This document shows, one piece after another, positions 51,730 to 62,187 of a DNA stretch of 62,490 bases. The DNA comes from Balamuthia mandrillaris. Its lineage: Eukaryota. The DNA is taken from positions 186,001-248,490 of the forward strand of contig JAVKOQ020000051.1 of assembly GCA_031835245.2 (NCBI GenBank). Direction: 5' to 3'. Under the pieces are notes generated by a model. That model did not search any database. It was given only the letters and a program-made list of their open reading frames with translations, and was not told the origin of the DNA. How positions within the stretch are numbered: the stretch's first letter is position 1; each line of letters begins with the position of its first letter. The position numbers and the translations under genes are program-made.

Positions 51730-52332
51730 ATGACGCTTATAGAGGGGCTATTTGAGATCCACGTAACAGTGAAGGGCGGAGAGGGGGTGGAAAAGTTCAA
51801 AGATGTGTGCAAAGAGCTGCGGTTAAAGCCGGTGTTGATCGAGCTGCCCTACGGCCAAACGCAGGAGCAACTGATGACGTCCTCCTGGGCCAGGGGCAAC
51901 GAGGAGACCGCAGTGGAGGAGGCGAAAAAGGTGGCCTCAGCTTTGCACTCGCGCGGCTTTCAGGTTGTGAGAGTCAAAGTAGAGGCCACTGCTTCGAATC
52001 GTGGAGTGCCTCAGACGCCCCCGGACGACCCGCAACGCTACTTTGAGTTTCACGTGAAGATGTTGGTGGAGGATGAAGAGCGGTTACGCGCGTTAGTCGC
52101 CCCTCACCATGGCCATCTTTCTCGCAATTCGTTGAAAGGGGAGAAGGACGTCAAGTTCATAACGTTGCGGGTGTATGGCAAAGGCAAGGTGGCTGCTTTT
52201 GCCGACTTGGAGGCTCTACTCTTGTCGTTAAAGGACGAGAAGGTGTTGGCGGTGCACAGGGAGTACGCCGTCTACGACACCAACGTCGAGCTGGACAGCG
52301 GTTGGATCGATCGACTGCGGCAGTCGGCATAA
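51730..52332 (+). CDS. Intronless 200-aa protein with internal duplication (FExHV motif twice)
   Basis: Clean ATG-TAA ORF with FEIHVTV...RVKVEA and YFEFHVK...HLSRN...REYAVYDTNVELDSGW. Confidence 0.75.
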   Translation: MTLIEGLFEIHVTVKGGEGVEKFKDVCKELRLKPVLIELPYGQTQEQLMTSSWARGNEETAVEEAKKVASALHSRGFQVVRVKVEATASNRGVPQTPPDDPQRYFEFHVKMLVEDEERLRALVAPHHGHLSRNSLKGEKDVKFITLRVYGKGKVAAFADLEALLLSLKDEKVLAVHREYAVYDTNVELDSGWIDRLRQSA

Positions 52333-52679
52333 GCTGCCAACATATAGACAACCAAAGCAATAACACCCTTCTTCTTTTCCAAGTGGATCGTTGGAAGTAC
52401 ATCGCCACCAACACACTACCACTCGAAAAACTCCAATGAGCAACTCCATCACTCGCTACCACCTACTGTGCGTTGTTGCCCATCAAGCGGACTTGTTGTT
52501 GTTCCGCACGAAGACTGGACGTCACGCATCTGAACGACCATTACATGAACGAATGAACAACGAATGGAGGGGGTCAGCTTCCTCAAGAAGAAGGAAGGAA
52601 AGAAGGGAGAGAGCGGATTTGTACAAACGAACAACAGGAAAAGAACGGAGAAGATAGGAAAAAAAGATGGGTGGGGGAG

Positions 52680-54419
52680 TTAATAAACCTCTATTTCTTT
52701 TTGTTTTTGAAGGAAGAGTTCTCTGCGGTGAAGTTTTTCCCTCCGCACGTGGTAAACCAGGAGAGAAGAGGATACAAGGATAGCAAGTATCAGAAAGCAA
52801 GAGGCCACCAGGAAGTTCCATTTGTAGCATACGTTGCCTTTGCACTCGGAGCTGTCTGACGGGGTTACGCTTTCGGTTAACTGCTCCGACACAAACGTCA
52901 GAAGAAAGCCAGCTCCTGCAAGTGGCCTTGCGTTAGCAACAAACGAGCACAATTGGGTCGAGTGTATATTTTTTTCTCGTACCAGCAGGAGCCAACGTTA
53001 TGATACTGGAGTTCATGCCGTAATAAGGAAGGCCAAAGTAAGTAATCGTCAGGGCAATGACCGTTGCAAAAGTAACACCATAACCAACCGCAGTTCCAAT
53101 GTCGATCAGAATGAGAACCTTTTCTCCAAAAATGAGGTATGAAAGGTAGACTACCAGCATTAGAGCTGCTGACAGTATAAACCACAACGGCCTGCATTCA
53201 ACGCACTTATTTAGAACATATGGCAGCTGTAGACAAAACAAAAGTTGAAACAGACCTCGGTACAAAGCGTACTAAAAGATCGGATGCTATACCCACAAGG
53301 ACTCGTGATACACTGTTCAAACTTCCAAAGATAATGACGTAAACGTTGGTAACAGACTTACTCATATCAAAAGAAGCAGTCACAGATCCTACTATGTTCT
53401 TCCACATTAACCCTGTATTCTGAGTTTAGTTTGATGAAGCGTGAAGAAAAAAAAAAATAAGCACGAAGAACGGAGAACGAAGAAGGCAGCATACCAATTC
53501 CAGAAATACAAAAGAACGTGATAAACAGGAGCCAAAACTCCAACCGCAAAATCATGCGGTAGGGTTTGCATGCAGGATCCCACGGGTCGGAAGAGCTAGG
53601 TCCGCCTAAATCCTCCTCTTCTGATTCTTGGTTCTGTTTGTTGTTGAGTTGCTTCTCCTTCTCGCCATCATCCGCATCGTCATCGTCATTGCTATCTTCA
53701 GCATCTTCCTCCACGAGCAACAGTTGAGTAGCTTCCAAGGAGGTGACCTTGGGAGGTAGAGGCCCGCTGAGGGTAGCGTAGGCTTGTGGAGAGGGAACCT
53801 TGCGCAAGAAGATGAGGCCAAAGAGGTTGGTGACAGCGACGCACATGGAAAGCAAGAAAAAGAAGTGCCGAACGTCGTAGTCCAAGCCATATTGGTAGAT
53901 AAGAGTGAAGACCAAGGAGCTAAAACCGTAGAGACCCACAAAGAAACCCGATACCTTTCCTTTGTGGGCAGGAGGGAAATTGCTTACGTTGCAACCGATG
54001 GTGGCAACGACGGAGGCGTAGGAGCCTTGCCCTATGAGAAAGTAAAACAGGCAGAGAAGGGCAAAACTGTTTGGAATGTGGTTCTCCAGCACCAGCCATG
54101 TGAAAAAGTATCCCATAAACGTGAAAAGGCAAGCCACCAGAGAGGTAACAGCTGGCCCCGTGAAATCAAAGAGGAGTCCCATGGTCAACCCAAGGTAAGT
54201 GCCAATGTCGCCCATGGACCCCAATAGTTGCACGTTGTCTCTGTCCAGCGCCTTGGCCAAGTTTTGGCTGTAAGCTCCGAAACCATAGAGTGTTCCCGCC
54301 GTCAGGACCATGAACGTCCCTGCCACAAAGGACAACACCCGCCGCAGCTGAACGGTTTCTACTAAGACTTTCTGCCATGCTTTCTTGAGCAAGTTTGGTC
54401 TTGCTTTATGTTGAAAAAC
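52680..54419 (-). CDS. MFS transporter (nodulin-like/MCH1 type)
   Basis: GTLYGFGAYS, GLLFDFTGP, NFPPAHKGKVSG and GIASDLL motifs with multiple TM helices and GT-AG introns. Start uncertain. Confidence 0.85.
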
Positions 54420-54448
54420 CTAACACATAAGTAGGAGCCTTTGTAACG

Positions 54449-54479
<31 letters not shown>

Positions 54480-54929
54480 CCCTTCTTCACCATGCAGATA
54501 AGAGTACATACCAGAGACTAGACGACTATCACTCATCGATGATGTTCTTTCAGCTGTTAACACGCTCCCAACTGAAGACCAGTTCCAGAGGAAAGGGAAA
54601 AGAGCTCTTTATGCTCTGGACAGGCAGGAAAGGTGCTGTGAAGGTTCCTTCTTCCTTGTCGAAATTATTGTGTTCGCATCAACAAGTTCCGCAATTATTG
54701 CTGTTATAAGGTAATATTTGGAATTATCATTGTAGATTTCCAATAAAATGACGAATTTACGGCAGTATATCGGAATATTAGATTATTGTCGATGCAGCCC
54801 AAATGAAACCCAAATGAAACCCAAAGGTGAGGAAACAGGTAAGGTGACCCAAGTCGCATCAGTCTTGCACACGAAACGAGCAACATCCAGCAGCAACACC
54901 AGCAACAGCAAACTGCCCGCCTGGCGTAG

Positions 54930-56364
54930 ATGCCTGAGTGCCCACACAAGCGAGGCATACCGCACACCATTCGCGAGTATCCTGGCCAACGAAAAGATTT
55001 TCACCACAAGCAGTACAAAACCCCCAAAGAGACGGCTATTGCCATAAGAGGTATGCTTTTTGGTGTTCGTGCCATAGAGTTTTCAATTTTTTGTTGTTGC
55101 GCACGACGACCCTAACCAACGCGCGTCAGATGCTGCTGTAGCCAAAGCAAACACACTATGGCACCGGAGTTTATTGATGAGCTTTTTGGCTGGTGGTAAG
55201 TTTTAACAAGAGTGGCGTTGTGCACGTTCTTAAAATTTGTTTTCAAAACAGTGTTTGTTAGTTTCGGTGCTGAGTTTGCAGTTAACGTTGCTGGAGGAAG
55301 CCCAGACGTTGGAAGCTCAAACCCAGGCATTCAGAGGCTTCTTTTTGCCATACCTTTTGCGGTAGGCTTGCTCTTGCCTTTTAAACCACGTGGTTTCCAA
55401 GCTTCAATTTCTCATTGTCTTGACCTACCAACAGACGGGCCTCACGCTCATTATACTGTTTGGCGCTGAGCTCTTCACGGGCAACACGATGTTCATGACG
55501 ATGGGTGTGGTAACGCGGCGAGTGCCGCTATGGCGCGCTGGGCGCAATCTGCTTTTTGCCTTCTTTGGAAACTGGGCTGGGTGCGTGTTTGTAGCCGCCT
55601 TTTTTGCCTATTATGCCGACTTTTGGAAGGACGATCCGTGGAACTCATATGTGAAGGCAATAGCAGTCCGCAAGGTGGAGGAGTTTGATGCCTATGTCTA
55701 CTTTTTACGCTCCATTGCAGGAAACTGGCTGGTGTGCCTTGCTGTATTCATTGCCATGGCGGCTGAGGATATTGTGTCAAAGATGATTGGTGCCATCATC
55801 CCCATCGTTATTTTTGCAACTAGTGGCTTTGAGCATAGCATTGCCAACATGTTCTTGGTCACTGTTAGCATCATGTATGGCGCTGATGTGGACTATGGCA
55901 AGTTCATTTACAAGAACCTTATACCTGTCACAGTGGGTAACTTTATTGGTGGTAGCTTGTGTATGGCGATGGCTGCATGGTATCTTTACATCATTGAGCC
56001 CAAGCACCAGCACAAGTGGACCCACTACACACACTTTAACAATTCCCATGTACATAACATCCAACTTGCTATCACCAAGCCTACTTACTTTTTCAGGCTC
56101 TTGTGGGCAAAGCTTACAAGAAGAGAACTAAAGAAGTCACATGAAGATAATAAGTTCATCATCACTTTGCCTGTTGACACTCAAAACAAGCCCTCAACTA
56201 CTCTTACATCTCATTGTGTTGCAAATAGTGATTTGAGTAATGAAGAACAAGAAGTACCAAAAGATGATAGTGATGATAGTGATGTTGAAATGGGCACTAT
56301 AACATCAATGAACAAGACTTTTCCTTCAAATACAAGTGAAAGTGAATATAACAAAGAAATATAA
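54930..56364 (+). CDS. Formate/nitrite transporter (FNT); last host-type gene before the telomere
   Basis: KTPKET, SFLAG, FAVGL, GAELFTGN, FFGNWAG, AGNWLVCLA, GFEHSIANMF and VTVGNFIGG motifs. Confidence 0.93.
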
Positions 56365-57107
56365 TCTTTATAAATAAAATAATTAATTATTTATTTATAC
56401 AACAAAGACAATAGTAAGGGTTATGGGCTCAGATATTTTTATTCCTTTGGCAAAAACCTTGGTATTCTCATTTCCTCTTTTTCTTCATTTTGTTCAATTC
56501 ATTTCATAACTATTCTTTTTTCTTTAGCTGTTTCTATGTTGACTGAGCTAATATTGAAGAAGAAGCTTAGAAACTTGGATGAGTTGAAAGGCCAAGAATA
56601 CTCTCTTCAGAAGAGGTGAAGAAGTGGATCATTGACAGAGAAGAAAAGAAACTATATAAAACCTTTGAGTAGTTCAAAACAAAGGTATATTTCAATTTTT
56701 TTAATATCAACAAGCAAGGTTTAGGGTTCTATGCTCGATTTTGAGCTAAGAATTAGCTGTTAAAATATAATGATTGTATCATTTTAAAGAGCAACTTAAG
56801 GGCTATAAGAAGATATATTATATGTTTGGTATAAATAAAATGTTACAAAGTTAGAATATTTTTGGTTTAAAAAGTAAGAAAACTGTATTGTGCATAAATT
56901 TTGCACAAATACTGCTCGATTTTCGCGAAAAACAAAAAGAAAGAAGAAAGAATCACACGCCAAAGCACTTTTAGATCTTGTAGTGCTGATTGTGAGCTTT
57001 AACAGTCATCTTTTTTCAAATGGTTTGTTGCTAAAGTGTTGTTTTTGTTGTTTTCATTATTGTTGTAGTTTTTAATTATTATAAAACACAAAAATAGGTA
57101 TGCAACA

Positions 57108-57342
57108 TGTTGGTAAAATCACCAACACTTATCTCAAGACTCCTCATGTTGGATCCGTCCCGGACCCTCAGCTCTCCTTTCTTTTGTATCCCCCATCCTT
57201 CCTTTCTCCCTTTTCCCCTTTCTCTCGGTGTACTTTGAAGCAACGTCGGAGATTCACTCTCGTTGTCCTTCCTCTATTCTCTTGAATACACTCCTTGTCT
57301 CGTCACCGACTCTTTCCTTCCTAAGGTTGGATTTAACCAACA
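57108..57342 (+). mobile_element. Putative 5' LTR (235 bp) of an LTR retrotransposon
   Basis: Begins TGTTGGTAAAATC and ends GATTTAACCAACA (TG...CA, 12/13 inverted match). Composition shifts from AT-rich to GC-richer at 57108. Lies directly upstream of a gag-like ORF. Confidence 0.7.
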
Positions 57343-57395
57343 TTTTTTTTTGACTTACATAAGTGATTCAAATCCCCTCTTGCGCTACGCACATC

Positions 57396-58152
57396 ATGGA
57401 AGCCACAGCCGCTCTCGACACCCTCCGTGAACAGCTTCGCAAGGCACAACAGGAGTACCTCCACATGCTCCAACAATCTTTTCAACTTGAGCTCGACATC
57501 CCCAGCTGTCCCGAGACTGAACGCGTCGCCAAAGAAGAAGAACAGCGCAAGTTAGACGAAGTCGCAGAACACACTAGAAAGGCCATGGAACGGTTACAAC
57601 AACGTATAGACAGCTTTGCTATTTTCCTCGCATCCACCTCGGCCACACTAGGCAATTCTTCCACATGCAACACTTCCGCTGCCGCTGTTTCTCCTCCCTC
57701 GCCCGTTCCACAGATCTCTCCCATACAGTCACCTCGTTCGAGTTCACCCTCTCCCGTTGACGTTTCCGTCAACAACACAACTGCTTCCAACAGCACACAC
57801 GTTGCCTCTGTCCCAGAAACACAGAACAACACAACTACTCCTTCCCTTCCTACTCAGAAGAAAATGCCTCGCCTTCCCCCCGGACTACCTAAGTTCGACG
57901 TCAGCAAGCGCCAGGACCCCGCTCTTCACACCATGGAACTGGAGTATCACCTCAACGCCTACAACTACCCTGAGGATAGATGGACGCAAGCCCTCATCAC
58001 CACCCTTGTTGGAGACGGACGTCTTTGGGCCATTAGCGCTCTACGAGACCAACCATGGAACGTCGCCCGAGACCTCTTCCATCGGCACTACCACCTTCCA
58101 GACATCGAGGCCACAACGATTGAGGCCGTCACGTCGTTTCGACAGAAGCCTG
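57396..58152 (+). pseudogene. gag: Ty3/Gypsy-like gag, 3'-truncated by telomeric repeats
   Basis: N-terminal coiled coil and Pro/Ser linker, then the capsid-like LPKFD...YPEDRW...LVGDGRLW...W...LF..HY...FRQKP. The frame then runs into (TTAGGG)3. No pol is present. Confidence 0.75.
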
Positions 58153-58170
58153 TTAGGGTTAGGGTTAGGG
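58153..58170 (+). repeat. Internal telomeric tract (TTAGGG)3
   Basis: Three perfect repeats in the same orientation as the terminal array. Confidence 0.95.
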
Positions 58171-58442
58171 GCGAGTACTCTTAAACCTAAGCTAGCCTCT
58201 CCTTGTAACTTAAAGAAATATCATAAAAAACTAAGTCTAAAATAGATACACTTATATTGTGATGAAATTTTTTTTAATCTTTTCTAAAGTTGTAAATATC
58301 AATAAAAAGGCAGTTTTGTTAAAATATTTTTATAATACTAAGAAAAAAATGTTGAAGATAAAGAAATAACAACAACATAAAAAAAAACTTAATATCATAA
58401 AAACATTTCAACATGAAAATAGAAAATAAAAAACAAACAAAA

Positions 58443-61149
58443 TCAAATATTAAAATGTTGACAAATAGCTTTTTCACTACCATACTTAAGCATTAAGTTT
58501 CTCCATTTGTCTTTGCAGTCCACATTTGTCCTGAGTTGCTGAGGTAAAGTTGATGCAATCTCAACCCAAGTAGCTTTTTTATGAAGACGCAAATGAATCA
58601 ACTCTTTTGTTTCTTCATCACTCCAAGGTTGATGTTGACGATGATTGGAAGTTTTGATGCGAGTTCTTGGAGTAGAAGTTTGAAGTTGAAAGGGTCCATT
58701 TTTTCATTTTTTGTAAGGTACTTGCTTCAAAGGTGAATGGTTTTGTAGATGAGGTAATGCAGGTTCTATGAATGCTTCCAAAAGCTCATCTAAAAGTTGA
58801 AAGTTGCCTGCCAACAAGCTTGCAATATGTCTTCTTCCAACAATCGTTTTGATGTGATTAAGTGGTGGTGGTGGTGATGATGCATCTTGAGAGTTATTTC
58901 TTTGCTTGAATGCTTCCATTTCCTGGCTCATCTCTTCTTCAACTTCATCTTCATGATTGTCTATCCATGCATGTAAGCACTTTTGCCATAAAGACTTGCA
59001 TAATTTAGCATGATCTGACTTGGATAAATCAGTTCTGCTTTGGAATCTAAAATAAATAAAAATTAATGAATAAAATGAGTGAGTTAAGCACAAGAAAAAT
59101 AAACAAAATAAACAAAATAATAATAATAATAAAGTAAAAAATACACCAACCTTTCCATAACTTTGTCATAAAAGGCTTCATAATTAGTTTGTAAAGACCA
59201 CTTTGAAGTCAAAGGTTCTTTCAAATTATGAAATACTTCTTTGGTAACTAAAGTTGGATCCATCAAACTGGTTGAAGAGGCTTCACCTAATTGATTGTAT
59301 GTGCAAAAGAAAATAAAAAGTAAGATAAGTTTTTCTTTCTTTCTCAAATTAAAAAAAAAAGAAAAAATAAAATACCTGAGGAAGAAACTAATCTATTAAC
59401 AACCATGGATTTGATAGCAGTGCTTTTCACATAACGTTGTTGAGAACGTCCATAAGGCTGCCAACCAGCAATAAAAGCTGTAGATTCCAGTACTGCATTT
59501 CTTTGTTGACTGTCATTCAAACCCTGCTTGATCAAAGCAGTGCAAATGAAACCAGCTCTCAAAGAATAGAAAGTAAAGAGGCCTGGAGGATAGTTGGCTT
59601 GGCTAGCACATTTCTTCAGTCTGGCATTCAAAGCATCAGGGCTCAGTCCCCACAAAGAAGTAGCTTGTTGTTGAGGAGAAAGATTCCAAGCAGAAAACTC
59701 TTCTAAGCATAAAGAATGAGTTTCTTGAAGATGAAGATTAAGCCAGTAGATGAAGTCAGCTGTGGGGTTGATGTGAGGAGGAGGATGAAGATAGCCTTCC
59801 AAAGTAATCATGTGATTCCAATCTCCTGGTTTTCCTTTGGTAACTTGATGAAGAAGTGAAAAGAAGCAGAGACTGTGAGGATCAGAGGGATCTTGGATGA
59901 TGAAGTTCTGAAAATGTCCAAGAAGAATGTTGGAAGCTGTGATGGCTCTAGCTCCAGTGCTTACACTATGCAACCAACAACTGGCATCTCTTGCTTTTTT
60001 GCGTTTACCATCCGGAATCATCGTTATGATTTGAATCACATCATCCCTCAAACAAGCATCTCTCATTCTTCCTGATCTTGTACAAGATGGAGCACGTTGT
60101 TTGCACTTCTTTGCTGCCAAATTCACAGTATCTTGTATCTTTTGTGGTACTTGCTCTCCTCCTGTTTCTTCCATATGAATATGATACAAACTTGCCACAA
60201 TAACATCTTTTGCTGAAGTCAAAGCATATCCAACAGTCATCACCAACCATTCCACAAATGCTCCAAGATGATGTTTATCTGCATCCAAAGGAAAAGGTTC
60301 AAGTTTCCACTTATCACAAAATGCTGTCCAAATCAATCTGGCCCAGGCATGTTTTCGCAAAGTTGAATCACTCCATCATGAAGAAGTTGCACTCAAGTAT
60401 TCCCATCTTTCTAACATTAAAGAAGGAAGCATACGAATAGCTCGAGACACTCTTGCTGATGGGGTAGTGGTTGGTAATGCTTGTGATGATTGTTGTTGTG
60501 GTTGTACTTTCTCTTTTCTTTTTGTTTTTGTTGGTTCATTTTCTGCTTCACTTTCTGAAGAAGAAGAAGAAGAAGAAGAAGAACAATCTACCAAATCAAT
60601 GAAAAGAGTAGAAGTTGTTGTTGGAGTTGTTGATGTTGTAGTCAAGTCTATTAAAGAAGAAGAAAAAGAAGAAGAAGAAGAAGAAGAAAAATAAAAATCA
60701 TCATTATTGGTCTCTCTTTCCTTCTCTTTTTCTTCTTCATCTGATGTTGCAAAAAAACTATCATTATCTTCTTCAAAATTAAAAGCATCATTGTCATCAT
60801 AAAAAATGGGAATGAATGAAGAAGAAGAAGAAGAAGAAGAAGAAGAAGAAGAAAAAAAAGAAGAAGATGATGATGATGATGATTTCAAGGTGGAAGTTGA
60901 AGTTGTAGAAGAAGTAGATGCAGATGATATTATCATTTTTTGTTTTTGTTGAGTGTGAAAGGATCTTTGAAGCAAGATAAAAATGAATAAGAAATAATAA
61001 TTCAAAAAAAATTACTTTTAAAATAAATAAACAAACCTTTTACATTTTTTGCTACAAAAAAGTTGATTTGATTGAGGACAAGGAATCAAATTCAAACAAA
61101 GTGAACAATGTACTTTTTTTGAAGTTGAAGGTAGCATTGTTGTTGACAT
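58443..61149 (-). pseudogene. Zinc finger - tyrosine recombinase - telobox Myb gene; exons 61149-61037, 60964-59376, 59286-59151, 59046-58443; two in-frame TGA
   Basis: All three GT-AG junctions keep frame (2442 nt = 813 codons + stop). Motifs: CSLC...FCSKKC; STGAR, VTKGK, YSLRAG, AGW, QRY; WSDEE...W...RTNVDCKDKWRNL. Premature TGA at 60378-60376 and 58706-58704. Confidence 0.85.
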
Positions 61150-61820
61150 AAAATATTGGTAGAAAATAAAAAAAAAATTCACTTAAAAAGACTTTGTAAA
61201 AGAAAAAACACAATTAAAAAAATAAGAGGGGAAAAACAAGTGGAAAAAGTGTGAACTGTTTGTGAAAAAATAAAAAAATAAACTTTAATTGTAAAAAAAA
61301 TGTTTGAGGAGTTAAATTTTGGATTTTTGTAGACATGTCGACAGAAAATAACCGAAAAACCATAATAGAAAGGCGCTATCGAAGGATGACTATTTAAAAG
61401 GGCGAAAAAAACATTATATTTTTCGAAAGCTCCAGGGAAAAGAAGGGGAGATTAACCTAGGTCGTTCAATTGATTGATTGGCTTACGTTGTTACATATGA
61501 ACCAATAATTGAAAGCATTTAGTACTGGTGAAAGAACAATGCTGGAAATTGTTGGGACAGGGGCACTGCCTTGCCATATCTTTCCGTTAAGACAAAATGG
61601 CTGCATGGGCCCACCCGCTTCTCATTCCTGCATTCACTTGAAGAAGGAAATATCCGTTGAAATATTGCATTGAGATTGGGTTCCTTTGGAAAGGTTTGTT
61701 TGGTATAGAGAAGAGTAGTCACTTAGAAGGACAACCTGACTCTGGAGTGATTTTTTTTTGAAATTTTTTTTAAATATAGCAATTTTATCCAAGTTAAAAA
61801 AAAAAACAAATGATTAAAAG

Positions 61821-62187
61821 CTAAGTCTACAACTAAACAAGCTATGTTTATGAAAATTTACTTATCTATGTTCCAGGCTATGGAAAATTGAATACAATTG
61901 GTTTAAGCCTTAGAAAACATTATGTACTTGAGAAATTAATTATTTAAGTCAAAAACAAAATAATTCACTCTCACAATAAATTTAAAAAACAGAACTAAAA
62001 AATACTTTCCAGATATAGTCTTAAAATAACACAAACAAGGTGTTGCATTGCTGAAATGCTTTATTTACTGCTTAAAAAAAAAAAAGAAAGGTGAAAAACT
62101 TAATGTTTTTTGATATTTTTATTTTAAAAATAGAATATTTGACAAGAACATAAAGTTTACAATTAAATAAGCTATGTTTATGAAAAT
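61821..62187 (+). repeat. 37-bp degenerate direct repeat (61821-61857 and 62151-62187)
   Basis: CTAAGTCTACAACTAAACAAGCTATGTTTATGAAAAT versus TAAAGTTTACAATTAAATAAGCTATGTTTATGAAAAT; the last 19 bp are identical. Confidence 0.85.

Noticed and set aside
54748..55047. 99-aa ORF as FNT exon 1
   Set aside because: It stops before the splice donor. The frame from ATG 54930 (KTPKET) splices in phase to the FNT body.
56756..57100. Further genes between the FNT gene and the LTR
   Set aside because: AT-rich with only short low-complexity ORFs and no recognisable motifs.
58704..60378. Alternative genetic code or selenocysteine at the two in-frame TGA codons
   Set aside because: TGA is the natural stop of this gene and of host genes, Trp is encoded by TGG throughout, and the contexts are not Cys-like. 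CGA-to-TGA decay is simpler, although read-through is not formally excluded.
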